DNA of 64,000 nucleotides, from positions 16,142-80,141 of the forward strand of contig PBWH01000003.1 of NCBI GenBank assembly GCA_002727195.1, given 5' to 3'. Below the pieces are notes generated by a model. That model worked only from the letters and a program-made list of their open reading frames with translations, made no database searches and was not told the origin of the DNA. The position numbers and the translations under genes were made by a program. Each line of letters begins with the position of its first letter. The stretch's first letter is position 1. This stretch comes from Gemmatimonadota bacterium (GTDB lineage: Bacteria > Latescibacterota > UBA2968). Shown one piece after another: positions 27,987 to 38,442 of the stretch.

Positions 27987-30056
27987 GTGGCTTTTGCACT
28001 CGGCATCGACATCGGAGGGACCTTCACGGATATCGTCGTTGTAGACGCGTCCACGGGAGCCTTCGAGGTGGTGAAGACCCTGACGACCTATCCGGATCCG
28101 TCGGAGGGAGTACTCGACGGCCTGAGCGAGCTGTTCACGCGTCCCGGGATGTCTGCCCAGGACGTCACCCGGGTCATCCACGGTACCACGCTTGTTACCA
28201 ACACCCTGATCGAGCGGAAGGGCGCCAAAACGGCGCTTGTGACCACACAGGGCTTCCGCGACGCGCTCGAAATCGGTCGTGAGGGACGGTATGACATCTA
28301 TGACCTGCGGATGCAGCTTCCGAAACCGCTTGTGGAGCGTCGATATCGGCTCGAAGTAGATGAGCGACTGAATCCGGACGGGAGCGTAAGGTCGTCGCTG
28401 AATACGTCTTCGGTGGCGGCCGTGTGCGACCAGCTGCGAGATGCCGGCGTGGAATCGGTCGGCGTCTGTTTGCTGCACGCTTACGCGAACCCCGATCACG
28501 AGACCATCCTCCGAGACGCCATCGCAGACCATCTCCCAGGCTGTCCGGTTACGCTGTCCTCCGAAGTGGCTCCCGAGCTCCGGGAATTCGAGCGGAGTTC
28601 GACGACTGTCGCGAACGCATACGTACAACCGCTGGTCGAACGGTATCTGGGGTCGCTCGGAGATGGGCTGGCGAACACGGGTGTCAACGCACCGCTCCAC
28701 GTAATGCTTTCGAATGGTGGGAGCTGCTCCGTCGAGACGGCTGAGGCTTTTCCCGTCCGGCTTGTCGAGTCCGGCCCTTGTGGAGGCGCACTCGCCGCGG
28801 CGGAGTGGGGACGGAAAGCCGGACTTGATCGGGTTCTCGCGTTCGACATGGGCGGGACAACAGCCAAGGCGGTGTTGACCATAGAAGGAACCTTTCCTGT
28901 TACGACGGAATCTGAAGTTGCGCGAGTCTACCGGTTCAAGCGGGGCTCTGGTCTTCCGTTACTCGTGCCGGTGCTGGATATGATCGAGATCGGGGCTGGG
29001 GGAGGGAGTATCGCTCACGTGAACGCGCTCGGGTTGCCGGCGGTGGGACCCGAGAGCGCAGGTTCGTCTCCCGGTCCGGCTTGCTATGACCGGGGAGGGG
29101 ATCGCCCGACCGTCACGGATGCGGATCTTCTGCTTGGCTACCTGAATTCGGACTACTTCCTCGGCGGATCGATGTCCCTGAGCGTCGACCGGGCGGGGGC
29201 AGCACTTTCGACGGTAGCCGATCAATTCGGTGGCGATGCCTTGAGCGCGGCCCACGGGATACATCAGTTGGTCAACGAGAACATGGCCAGCGCGGCGAGG
29301 GTACACGCCGCTGAACGCGGCGTCGATCTTCGATCCTACGCGTTGGTCGCGACAGGGGGCGCCGGGCCTGTGCACGCTTGCGGCGTGGCCTCACGGCTTG
29401 GGATCGATCGTGTCCTCGTGCCTCCGATCGCCGGTGTTGGATCCGCATTCGGTCTTCTCCTTGCACCGATCAGTTTCGATTTCGCGCGAAGCTACGTGTG
29501 CCGAGTGGAGGATCTCGATATCCAACGGCTGCGTAGTCTTCTAGATGAGATGCTGACCTCCGGTCGAGAGGTCGTGACTGGGGCCGGTGTAGCGGATGCG
29601 GATGTCGCTTTCGAGATCGCCGTGGATATCCGATACGTGGGGCAGGGGCACGAGATTCGGGTCTTGGTCGAAGATGACAACCTTGAGGACCGTTTCGTGT
29701 CACGACTGGTAGCCGCGTTCGAGTCAGAATACGCGCGTATGTTTGGTCGAACCTGCGAAGGGGTCCCTATAGAGGTCGTGCATTGGCGGGTCACGGTAAG
29801 CGGTCCCAGGCAGACGATCGATATCGCCGCCGGCCACCAGGTGGTGGAGAGCGAAAACGCTGCAACCACTCGCCCCATCGCCTTCGATCGTGATGGGGCG
29901 TCGGATGTGGCGGTCTATGACCGGAACTCCCTTGCAGCGGGAACGATCCAGGGCCCTGCGATTGTCGAAGAGGCGGAGTCGACCACTGTTGTCCCGGCAG
30001 GCTGGCGCGTGACGGTGCGGGAAGACCGTGCCCTCCTTCTCGAGAGGATGTTGTGA
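27987..30056 (+). CDS. Hydantoinase/oxoprolinase family protein, A (ATP-binding) subunit
   Basis: GIDIGGTFTD, HGTTLVTN, ESGP, DMGGTT, IGAGGGS, GPESAGSSPGPACY, PTVTDA. Confidence 0.92.
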   Translation: MAFALGIDIGGTFTDIVVVDASTGAFEVVKTLTTYPDPSEGVLDGLSELFTRPGMSAQDVTRVIHGTTLVTNTLIERKGAKTALVTTQGFRDALEIGREGRYDIYDLRMQLPKPLVERRYRLEVDERLNPDGSVRSSLNTSSVAAVCDQLRDAGVESVGVCLLHAYANPDHETILRDAIADHLPGCPVTLSSEVAPELREFERSSTTVANAYVQPLVERYLGSLGDGLANTGVNAPLHVMLSNGGSCSVETAEAFPVRLVESGPCGGALAAAEWGRKAGLDRVLAFDMGGTTAKAVLTIEGTFPVTTESEVARVYRFKRGSGLPLLVPVLDMIEIGAGGGSIAHVNALGLPAVGPESAGSSPGPACYDRGGDRPTVTDADLLLGYLNSDYFLGGSMSLSVDRAGAALSTVADQFGGDALSAAHGIHQLVNENMASAARVHAAERGVDLRSYALVATGGAGPVHACGVASRLGIDRVLVPPIAGVGSAFGLLLAPISFDFARSYVCRVEDLDIQRLRSLLDEMLTSGREVVTGAGVADADVAFEIAVDIRYVGQGHEIRVLVEDDNLEDRFVSRLVAAFESEYARMFGRTCEGVPIEVVHWRVTVSGPRQTIDIAAGHQVVESENAATTRPIAFDRDGASDVAVYDRNSLAAGTIQGPAIVEEAESTTVVPAGWRVTVREDRALLLERML

Positions 30057-31747
30057 ACAAGTCCATGGATCCCGTGACCTTCGAGGTCCTTTGGAGTCGT
30101 CTGATCTCGATCGTGAACGAACAGGCGGCGGCGTTGATGCACGCCTCGTTCACGACCGTGGTGCGCGAAGCGGGTGACCTCTCGGCCGGTGTGTTCGATG
30201 CGCAAGGGAACATGCTCGCCCAGGCCGTCACGGGAACCCCCGGGCACATCAACACGATGGCGACGTGCGTACGTCACTTCGTGAAGAAGCATCCGCTGGA
30301 GACCCTCGAACCGGGGGACAGTCTGCTGACCAACGATCCCTGGCTCGGATCTGGACACCTTCACGATATCACCGTCGTAACGCCGGCCTTCAAGGATGGG
30401 AAAGGGGTCGGCTGGTTCGCGAACACCTGTCACGCGATGGATATTGGAGGGCGCACGCTAGGGGCGGGCGCTCGTCAGGTCTACGAGGAAGGCGTCAACG
30501 TTCCGATCATGTTTCTGTTCCGCAAGGGTGAACTGAACAGAGACCTGATCGACATCCTGCGGGCAAACGTACGGGAACCAGACCAGGTGGTGGGGGATCT
30601 GTATGCGCAGCAAGCGGGGAACGATGTGGGTGCTGCTAAGCTGATCGCGACGATGGAGGAGTATGATATCGGCGATCTCGAGGGGCTTTCGACTCTAATC
30701 CTCGATCGGTCAGAGGAACGAACACGGGACGCAATCGCCGAGATCCCGAATGGACGTTACGATGACGAGGTCTCCATTGACGGGTATGACGAGCCGCTCC
30801 AGATCAAGATCGCTGTGGACATCCTAGATCGGAATCTGGTCGTGGATTACGCCGGGAGTTCGCCCCAGGTGAACTGGGGGATCAACGTCGTTTACAACTA
30901 CACGCACGCCTATACGACGTATCCACTGAAGTGTGCGATCAGCCCGGAGATCCCGAACAATGAGGGGAGCTTTCGACCCGTGAAAGTCAGGGCTCCGGAA
31001 GGGTGTATTCTGAACGCGGAGTTCCCGTGTGCCGTTGGGGCGCGTCATCTGGTTGGCCACTTCTTGAGCCAGGCGATCTTCGGCGCGTTGTCGAAGGTGA
31101 TTCCCGAGCGAGTTCTTGCAGACGGATCAGCCGGTCTGTGGAACACGCAACTCGAAGGTGTCGGCCCCGACGGGCGTCGCTTTGCCTATATCTTCTTCTC
31201 CGCAGGGGGGATGGGTGCAAGTGCTGTCGCCGACGGGCTCTCGGCCACCGCCTTCCCAAGCGGAATCCGTGGCGTGCCCGCCGAGGCGATCGAGGCCGTC
31301 TCGCCGGTTCGCATGGTCAAACGAGCGCTGATCAGCGATTCAGGAGGGGCGGGGCGATTCCGAGGGGGGCTGTCTCAGGAGATGGTTCTGGCTGTCGATA
31401 GTGATCTGCCTGCCCAACACAGCTGCATGTATGATCGAACCCGATTCGCGCCACGTGGATTCCTGGGAGGTGCGGACGGGCAGGCGGGCGAATTGTATCT
31501 GTCCGATGGCACACGCCTGCCCCCAAAGGCGACCTACGACCTCCAGGCCGACGCCTCGGTCACCTTGAGGCTACCGGGAGGGGGCGGTTATGGTGATCCT
31601 TATAGTCGCGATCCGTCGGCTGTTCTCGAGGATGTATTGCAGGGCCGCGTATCTCTGGAGGCGGCGCTGGCTTCATACGGAGTTGTGATCGATTCTGAAG
31701 ATATGACTATAGACGAGGCGGAAACAGCGAAGCTGAGGGGAAGCTGA
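30053..31747 (+). CDS. Hydantoinase B/oxoprolinase family protein
   Basis: DPVTFEV, NDPW..SGHLHD, HAMDIGG, DSGGAGRFRGG, PGGGGYGDP; GTGA overlap. Confidence 0.92.
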   Translation: MNKSMDPVTFEVLWSRLISIVNEQAAALMHASFTTVVREAGDLSAGVFDAQGNMLAQAVTGTPGHINTMATCVRHFVKKHPLETLEPGDSLLTNDPWLGSGHLHDITVVTPAFKDGKGVGWFANTCHAMDIGGRTLGAGARQVYEEGVNVPIMFLFRKGELNRDLIDILRANVREPDQVVGDLYAQQAGNDVGAAKLIATMEEYDIGDLEGLSTLILDRSEERTRDAIAEIPNGRYDDEVSIDGYDEPLQIKIAVDILDRNLVVDYAGSSPQVNWGINVVYNYTHAYTTYPLKCAISPEIPNNEGSFRPVKVRAPEGCILNAEFPCAVGARHLVGHFLSQAIFGALSKVIPERVLADGSAGLWNTQLEGVGPDGRRFAYIFFSAGGMGASAVADGLSATAFPSGIRGVPAEAIEAVSPVRMVKRALISDSGGAGRFRGGLSQEMVLAVDSDLPAQHSCMYDRTRFAPRGFLGGADGQAGELYLSDGTRLPPKATYDLQADASVTLRLPGGGGYGDPYSRDPSAVLEDVLQGRVSLEAALASYGVVIDSEDMTIDEAETAKLRGS

Positions 31748-31753
31748 GGCGTT

Positions 31754-32545
31754 ATGAGACATGAGCTGATGCAGAAAGAGATTAGCGGCTACCGTGAGAA
31801 CGGGTTTGTCGTCATCAACGATTTTCTAACCGATGACGAGCTCGCGGAATGGCGGTCGGCAGTGGATGAGGCGGTCGACCTCCGCGGTGATGCGCGTCTC
31901 CCAGGTGAGGAAGGGAAAGTCTTCTCCGGGTCGAACTCGGCGGTTTTCAAGCAGCGGATCCAGCTCTGGATGGACAACGAGCGGGTTAAGGCGCTGATGT
32001 TGGACGAGCGGATCGGGAAGATGGCGGCGGACCTGGAAGGTATTGACGGCATCCGGGTCTGGCACGACCAAACGCTGATCAAGATGCCCTACGGGAATCC
32101 GACATCGTGGCACCAGGACAACACGAAGTGGTCGTTCTCCTCCGATCACGCGATTTCGATCTGGATCGCGCTCGATGATGCTACGCCACACAACGGCTGT
32201 CTCTACTTCATCCCCGGCTCCCATCACGATTGTTACGATGACGTGTCGACGAATCGACCGATGTCGGACATATTCGAAGAGAATCCGGTCCTTCAGGATG
32301 TCGATCCAGTGGCGGCACCGATGAAGGCCGGGAGTTGTTCGTTCCATAACGGACTGACCGTACACGGTGCGGGCGCGAACATGACGCGCGGACTAAGGCG
32401 GGCGATGACCTGCGCCTTCATGCCGGACGGGGCGACATTCAACGGGAACAAGAACGTCCTTCCTCAGTCGTATGTGGACGGGCTGTCTGTTGGCGACTTA
32501 ATCGATAATGATGAACTGGTGCCGCTCATCTACAAGCGCGCCTGA
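31754..32545 (+). CDS. Phytanoyl-CoA dioxygenase (PhyH) family Fe(II)/2-oxoglutarate dioxygenase
   Basis: WHQD, WIALDD...NGCLYFIPGSH, HGAG.N...RR. Confidence 0.9.
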   Translation: MRHELMQKEISGYRENGFVVINDFLTDDELAEWRSAVDEAVDLRGDARLPGEEGKVFSGSNSAVFKQRIQLWMDNERVKALMLDERIGKMAADLEGIDGIRVWHDQTLIKMPYGNPTSWHQDNTKWSFSSDHAISIWIALDDATPHNGCLYFIPGSHHDCYDDVSTNRPMSDIFEENPVLQDVDPVAAPMKAGSCSFHNGLTVHGAGANMTRGLRRAMTCAFMPDGATFNGNKNVLPQSYVDGLSVGDLIDNDELVPLIYKRA

Positions 32546-32582
32546 ACTGTATCAGATCTGCCAGGGGGAACAAGGGGAGCGC

Positions 32583-34004
32583 ATGAGGGTTTTCGCATTC
32601 ATTGTGGCGATGTGGATCGTCGCCGGCTCGTCAGTGGAGGCGGGGAACGTCTTCGTCCGGGACCCGGAGCAGTTCGAGAAGTATGTCACCCGGCTCGCCC
32701 CGGGCGATACGATCGTGCTTCGCTCCGGTGAGGAATGGCGGGATGTAAATCTGGTTTTCGAGGGAGAAGGCGAGCCGGGCCGCCCGATTGTATTGGCGGC
32801 GCGTGACCCCGGGAAGACAGTCTTTACGGGGCAGTCCCGTCTACGGATACTTGGCAAGCATCTCGTGGTGACCGGCTTGGTGTTCCGTGACGGATCCCTG
32901 TCCGGGGGCAGCGTCATCTCCATCGGATCCGGGCGAGGCGAGTCCGCCCAGGAGTGCCGGCTAACGGACACCGCGATCATCGATTACAATCCGGAGGATT
33001 CTGAGGTCAATTACAAGTGGGTCTCCGTCTATGGCCGCCGGAACCGAGTCGACCACTGCTACTTCAAGGGGCAGACGCACGTCGGGCAGGCTGTGGTGGT
33101 CTGGTTGAATGGAGAGCCCAACAACCATCGTATCGATCACAACTACTTCGCCGGGCGTCCCAACCTTGGGCGCAATGGGGGTGAGACGATCCGGATCGGG
33201 ACCAGCGCGCGATCGATGGAGGTCTCGCAGACCGTCGTCGAGGACAACCTGTTCGAGAACTGCGATGGGGAGGCCGAGATCATCTCTGTCAAGTCGTGTG
33301 AGAACGTGATCCGGCGGAACGCATTCGTCAGCAGCGCGGGGACGGTTTCCCTGCGGCATGGGAACCGAAACAGGGTTGAAGGTAACTGGTTCGTCGGAAA
33401 CGGGAAGGCAAGATCAGGCGGTGTTCGGGTGATGGGTGAGGGTCACGTGATCGTGAACAATCACCTCGAGGGATTGACCGGACGAGGAAACCGCGCAGCC
33501 CTGACCATTCTCAGCGGCGTTCCTGATGCGGCTCTGAACAGCTACTGGCAGGTCAAGAACGTAACCTTCGCGCACAACACGGTGATCGACTGTGCGGCAT
33601 TCACCGATATTGCCTTTGGTCACGGACAGAGAGGGCGTAGCCTTGCCCCGGTCGGGATCCGCATCTCCGCGAATGTGGTTCAGTCGACCAACCCGAATCG
33701 CGCAATGACTATCCATGACGCGACGGCGGATGTCAGCTGGGATCGAAACCTGTGGACGGGGCCCATGACGGACCTGCCCGAAGGGTTCGCGGTTAAGGAT
33801 GTCTCGTTCATCAAGGGGGCGTTTCTGAGCGAGCTCAGCAGCTATTCGCTGCTTGCCATACCGGAGGGCGATCCGCGTCTCTCATCCGACATCGACGGAC
33901 AGCGTCGCCTCGAAAGCGTGGCGGGCAGCGATGTGGGATCCGATGCGCCGACACGATATACCATGCCACGTCGGCCGCTTGTCGGTCCGAAGTGGATGGA
34001 CTGA
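32583..34004 (+). CDS. Polysaccharide lyase family 6 (alginate lyase/chondroitinase B-like)
   Basis: Signal peptide ending VEA; PGDTIVL, NRVDHCYF, NGGETIRIG, GEAEIISVKS (catalytic Lys), SLRHG (catalytic Arg). Confidence 0.88.
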   Translation: MRVFAFIVAMWIVAGSSVEAGNVFVRDPEQFEKYVTRLAPGDTIVLRSGEEWRDVNLVFEGEGEPGRPIVLAARDPGKTVFTGQSRLRILGKHLVVTGLVFRDGSLSGGSVISIGSGRGESAQECRLTDTAIIDYNPEDSEVNYKWVSVYGRRNRVDHCYFKGQTHVGQAVVVWLNGEPNNHRIDHNYFAGRPNLGRNGGETIRIGTSARSMEVSQTVVEDNLFENCDGEAEIISVKSCENVIRRNAFVSSAGTVSLRHGNRNRVEGNWFVGNGKARSGGVRVMGEGHVIVNNHLEGLTGRGNRAALTILSGVPDAALNSYWQVKNVTFAHNTVIDCAAFTDIAFGHGQRGRSLAPVGIRISANVVQSTNPNRAMTIHDATADVSWDRNLWTGPMTDLPEGFAVKDVSFIKGAFLSELSSYSLLAIPEGDPRLSSDIDGQRRLESVAGSDVGSDAPTRYTMPRRPLVGPKWMD

Positions 34005-34018
34005 AAGGGAGTGAGTCT

Positions 34019-34846
34019 ATGAAGATGGCGTTTACCACGTTGGGTTGCCCAGCATGGGATCTGGACACCGTAATCGAAAAGGGGAGTGCCTTCGGCTACG
34101 AAGGGGTGGATTTTCGTGGCATTCAGGGAGAAATCGACGTCACCACGCTGGCCGAGTTTACGACCAGCATCGTGGAGACCAAGCGGAAGCTGGGAGATGC
34201 AGGTCTGTCGGTGTGCGGGATCAGTTCGAGCCTGAAGATCTGTGACGACACCCTGGCCAGGGCAAACCTCGAAGAAGCAAAGCGGACGATTCCCGTCGCA
34301 GCGGAGCTGGATGTACCGAACATTCGTGTCTTCGGCGTCGGGAACGCAGACGAGAAGTCGAAGGAGGAACTGGCTGACATCGGGCAAGGCATGATGGGAC
34401 AGATCCTTGCGCTGGATGGCGCCGATCAGTTCAAGTGGGTGTTCGAGACACACGATCATTGGATCAAATCGACCGACTGTAAACTGCTGCTCGATCGCGT
34501 GACCGTCCCGATCTTCGGGGCTCTCTGGGACGTGGGGCATACGTCTCGTGTCGGCGAGGAGGATCCAGCCGATACGCTGGCCGCACTTGGTGACCGTGTT
34601 TACTACACGCACGTGAAGGACGCGGTCTACGATCCGGACCAGGAGAACGCGATGAAGGATGGTTGGAAGTATGTGCCACCCGGTACGGGACAGCTTCCGC
34701 TGGAGAAGGCGCTCAACCTCCTGAAGGAGCGCGGCTACGAGGGTTACGTGATGTTCGAGCACGAGAAGCGGTGGCATCCGACCCTACCTGAACCGGAAGA
34801 TATCATGCCGATGTTCGTCAACTGGTTCAAAGGGCTGAACCTGTAA
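34019..34846 (+). CDS. Sugar phosphate isomerase/epimerase (xylose-isomerase-like TIM barrel)
   Basis: AFTTLGCPAW, IRVFG, ETHD, WDVGH, HVKD, FEHEKRWHP. Confidence 0.85.
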   Translation: MKMAFTTLGCPAWDLDTVIEKGSAFGYEGVDFRGIQGEIDVTTLAEFTTSIVETKRKLGDAGLSVCGISSSLKICDDTLARANLEEAKRTIPVAAELDVPNIRVFGVGNADEKSKEELADIGQGMMGQILALDGADQFKWVFETHDHWIKSTDCKLLLDRVTVPIFGALWDVGHTSRVGEEDPADTLAALGDRVYYTHVKDAVYDPDQENAMKDGWKYVPPGTGQLPLEKALNLLKERGYEGYVMFEHEKRWHPTLPEPEDIMPMFVNWFKGLNL

Positions 34847-34891
34847 CGCGGAGCGGGGTTGGTGATCCGGCTCCTTCTGTTTGAGAGAACC

Positions 34892-36181
34892 ATGGCAATT
34901 ACCGCAGTGATCGTCGGTGCAGGCCACCGAGCCCTGACCTATGCCTCCTATGCAGAGCAGCATCCTGACGAACTGAAGATCGTGGGGATGGCTGACCCGA
35001 ATGACCTGCGTCGCCAGCAGACGGGCGACCGGTTCGACATCCCGGATGGCAGGCGATTCGAAACGGCAGAAGCGCTGGCTAGCGTGCCGCAGTTTGCCGA
35101 CTGCGTGATCAACGGGACGATGGACCATCAGCACGTGGAGACATCGCTGCCGCTGCTCGCGGCGGGATACGATCTACTCCTGGAGAAGCCGTTCGCGACG
35201 GGGATCGAGGAGATGTGGTCGCTCGTCGAGGCGGCCCGATCGAATAACCGAAAGGTGATGATCTGTCACGTCCTGCGGTATGCGCCGTTCTACTACCGGA
35301 TTCGTGAACGGGTCGCGGCCGGGGAGATTGGGCGGGTGATCAATGTTCAGACCGTCGAGCACGTCAGCTACCACCATATGGCGGTCGGTTTTGTTCGGGG
35401 GAAGTGGAACAGCAAGGACCGGTGCCACTCGGGCATGCTGATGGCCAAGTGCTGTCACGATCTCGACCTGATCATGTGGATGAAGAGCGGTGTGCGTCCT
35501 GTCGCGGTCAGCAGCTTTGGGACGAACACCCAGTTTCGTCCGGAAATGGCGCCCAAAGGAGCGGGTGAGCGATGTCTGGTCGACTGTGAGATCGAAACGG
35601 ATTGCCTTTATTCGGCGCGCAAACATTACATCGATCATCCGAAACGATGGTCCTTCTACGTCTGGGACAGCCTCGAGCATATCGAAGCCCCAACGATCGA
35701 GGACAAGGTTGCTTCTCTCGAGGGTGGCAATCCGTATGGGCGCTGTGTGTGGAAATGCGACAACGATGTGGTGGATCACCAATCGGTGGCAATCAATTTC
35801 GAGGATGGATGTACGGCCACCCACAACATGGTCGGCGGGACTGCTCGTCCGTCTCGGTCGATTCACCTGATCGGTACGGAAGGGGAGATCCACGGGGTGC
35901 TCGAGGACCAATCCTTCTGTGTACGGCACATCGACCCGCGTCCCGGTCACGAATACAGTGAGGATCGCATCGATCTGAACGAGTCGGGTGACGTGCACGG
36001 CGCGTTCGGCGGTCACTGCGGGGGAGATCTTCGGCTAGCAAAAGACTTCGTCGATCTCGTTTCAGGAGGGGAGCCGTCCCTGGCTTGCACCCGGATCGAG
36101 GACTCGGTGTATGGCCACCTGACTGGTTTTCTGGCTGAGGAGTCGAGGGAGGAGTCGCGTGTTGTCCAGATTGACGCATAG
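34892..36181 (+). CDS. Gfo/Idh/MocA family oxidoreductase
   Basis: VGAGHR, LLEKP, CHVLRY, FVRGKW, KCCHDLD. Confidence 0.88.
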   Translation: MAITAVIVGAGHRALTYASYAEQHPDELKIVGMADPNDLRRQQTGDRFDIPDGRRFETAEALASVPQFADCVINGTMDHQHVETSLPLLAAGYDLLLEKPFATGIEEMWSLVEAARSNNRKVMICHVLRYAPFYYRIRERVAAGEIGRVINVQTVEHVSYHHMAVGFVRGKWNSKDRCHSGMLMAKCCHDLDLIMWMKSGVRPVAVSSFGTNTQFRPEMAPKGAGERCLVDCEIETDCLYSARKHYIDHPKRWSFYVWDSLEHIEAPTIEDKVASLEGGNPYGRCVWKCDNDVVDHQSVAINFEDGCTATHNMVGGTARPSRSIHLIGTEGEIHGVLEDQSFCVRHIDPRPGHEYSEDRIDLNESGDVHGAFGGHCGGDLRLAKDFVDLVSGGEPSLACTRIEDSVYGHLTGFLAEESREESRVVQIDA

Positions 36182-36190
36182 GACCCCACG

Positions 36191-37162
36191 GTGAACTGGG
36201 GAATCTTGGGCGCCGGATCTGTGGCGCAGAGGCGAGTGATGCCGGCGATCAATGCTCTCGAGGGGCACGCCGTCCAGACGCTGATGGTGCGCGATGCGTG
36301 TCGGGCGCGTGATCTTGCTGCGTCTCATGGTGCGTCAAACGGTGTCAGTTCCGTCGAAGCGTTGCTGGCCGACGAGACGATCGATGCCGTCTACGTGTCG
36401 AGCCCGGTCGTTCACCATCGCGACCACGTTCTTGCTGTCGCGCAGGCGGGCAAGCACGTCCTCTGCGAGAAACCAATGGCGATGTCGTCGGACACGTGCC
36501 GTGACATGATCGAAGCCTGTAACAATGCAGGCGTGACGCTTGGCACGTGCTACGTCCTCCGCGGATGGGAGATCTACCAACGAATTCGGGACCTGATCCG
36601 GAACGGAGATCTGGGAACGCTGATCGAACTCCGTGCGCATCTCGCCAAGTGGACCCCGCGTGAAGCAGATGAGTGGAGGCTCGATCCCGCTCAGAGCGGA
36701 GGCGGCGTGTTGATAGACGTCGCTACTCACTACCTGGATCTGTTCCGCTTCCTCGCTGGCGAGATTGTACGAGTGGCCTATATGGGCTCTTCTCGCGTTT
36801 TCGATTGGCCGGTCGAGGAAACGGCGCACGCACTCGTTGCATTCGAGTCCGGCTGCCATGGCTCGTTAACGGCGACTTGCACGGTACCAAACGGGGGAAA
36901 CCTACTCGAGGTCTACGGGTCCGAAGGGTCACTGTTCCTCGGGAAGACACTCCGCATTGTGCGTGGAGACGACGTGGTTGAAGAAGTGGTGGTCTTCCCG
37001 GATTACTACTCAGGTATCCTCACCGATTTTGCCCACTGCACGAAAACGTCCAATACTCCGATCGCCTCCGGTCTCGATGGCCTGAGGGGCACCCAGATCG
37101 TCGAAGCGGCCTACCAGTCTGCGCGCGAGCAGAAGATCGTCACGGTGATCAGCGTTGGTTGA
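36191..37162 (+). CDS. Gfo/Idh/MocA family oxidoreductase
   Basis: WGILGAG, GKHVLCEKP, GGGVLID..THYLD. Confidence 0.9.
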   Translation: MNWGILGAGSVAQRRVMPAINALEGHAVQTLMVRDACRARDLAASHGASNGVSSVEALLADETIDAVYVSSPVVHHRDHVLAVAQAGKHVLCEKPMAMSSDTCRDMIEACNNAGVTLGTCYVLRGWEIYQRIRDLIRNGDLGTLIELRAHLAKWTPREADEWRLDPAQSGGGVLIDVATHYLDLFRFLAGEIVRVAYMGSSRVFDWPVEETAHALVAFESGCHGSLTATCTVPNGGNLLEVYGSEGSLFLGKTLRIVRGDDVVEEVVVFPDYYSGILTDFAHCTKTSNTPIASGLDGLRGTQIVEAAYQSAREQKIVTVISVG

Positions 37163-37304
37163 GGTGACACTGAGGTCAGGCGAGTGCATCGAGATTCGTG
37201 AGAAGGATTTGTCTGATGGCCCAACTATCGGAGAGATGCTCGAGGCGTGCAGCGAGCAGACCTACCACTATTTCCATCCGATTTTGAGGTGTAGGTCAGA
37301 GTAG
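37155..37304 (+). pseudogene. Truncated N-terminus of a GNAT-like protein
   Basis: (M)VEVTLRSGECIEIREKDLSDGPTIGEMLEACSEQTYHYFHP resembles the LRDG..V.IR...D...L.....S..T.Y start of GNAT domains; stops after about 49 codons. Confidence 0.4.
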
Positions 37305-38357
37305 AAGCTGAGAGACGTAGCCTGTTCGCGGATCGTGATCGGCTTGTTCTGCAGGCTCTCCGAGTCGGTACCGTCTTCCTAGTTCATACTGTGCCCGGTC
37401 ATCATCACGACGTGGAGGCCAGTATCGATTTCTCTCGCCCTCCTTGCCAGCTCTACACCGCTTAGCCCCGGCATCAAGACGCCCGTAAGCACGATGTCAA
37501 TCTGTGTAGGCTGGTCTCTCAGGATATCGAGCGCTTCGGTTCTGTTCTCTGCCTCGATCACATTGTAACCGAGCGTATCGGTCATCTCACTGACCGCTCG
37601 CAACACGATGGCGCCATCTTCCACAATCAACACCGTTTCCCCATCGCCTCTCACGATCCGTGCGTCCTGCAAGCCATCGGCCTGCATCTTCTCGGCAGAT
37701 TCCGATAGGTAGACCGTAAACGTCGTTCCGACACCCACTTCACTTTGCAGGTCGACGTATCCATCGTGTTGTCTCACGATTCCATATACCTGCGCCAGCC
37801 CCAAACCGGTTCCCTTCGTTTCCGGCTTGGTTGTGAAGAAGGGTTCGAACACGCGTCAGATCACATCGCGCTGCATACCGGATCCCACGTCCTGCACAAC
37901 GATGGGGACCCACGTGCCTCCCGTCGGTGACAGATCTGATCCCTCTGTTGCCGGTGTCACAAGCTGGGCTACCTCCGGTACCTCTACACGCTTCACGGAA
38001 ATCGTGATCGTTCTTCCATCGGGCATTGCGTCTCGAGCGTTTACGACCAGGTTGGTGATGGTCTCCTGGATCTGAGTTACGTTCGCCCTGGTTCGAGCGA
38101 ATCCGTCGTTCGCACACACCCACCTGATCCTGATGCTCTCAGGAACTGTCTGCTCCATCAAGCCAGCGACCTCAGTGGCGAGAGCGGTGACGTACAGTGC
38201 TGCTCTGGTGGTCGTCCTCTGTTGGCTGAAGTCGAGTAGCTGCCTGACCAGTTGCTTGGCCCGATGTCCCTGGGAGGCAATGATCTCGAGTCTCTGTTTC
38301 TGCTGGTTGGTCGTGTCGGGGCTCAACATCATGATGTCGGCGTAGCCGATCGTGCGA
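37295..38357 (-). pseudogene. Decayed hybrid sensor histidine kinase/receiver
   Basis: IGYAD...QLLDFS, NLVVNARDAMPDG, DVGSGM...[17 protein letters not shown], receiver ending MTGH...*...NKP; in-frame stops at 37856 and 37379; H-box and sensor region missing; phosphoacceptor Asp replaced (LTGVLMP). Confidence 0.85.
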
Positions 38358-38430
38358 CCCAGGAGGTCCGGTCGGCCTTCGGCCTCGCGTCATCCCTGGC
38401 TAACTATCGGGCTTCCCTTCGGGGCTGATA
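38357..38430. repeat. REP-like element family B
   Basis: CCCAGG...CCCTGGCTAACTATCGGGCTTCCCTTCGGGGCTGA, similar to 23641-23690. Confidence 0.65.
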
Positions 38431-38442
38431 CCAAAAGTCCGC

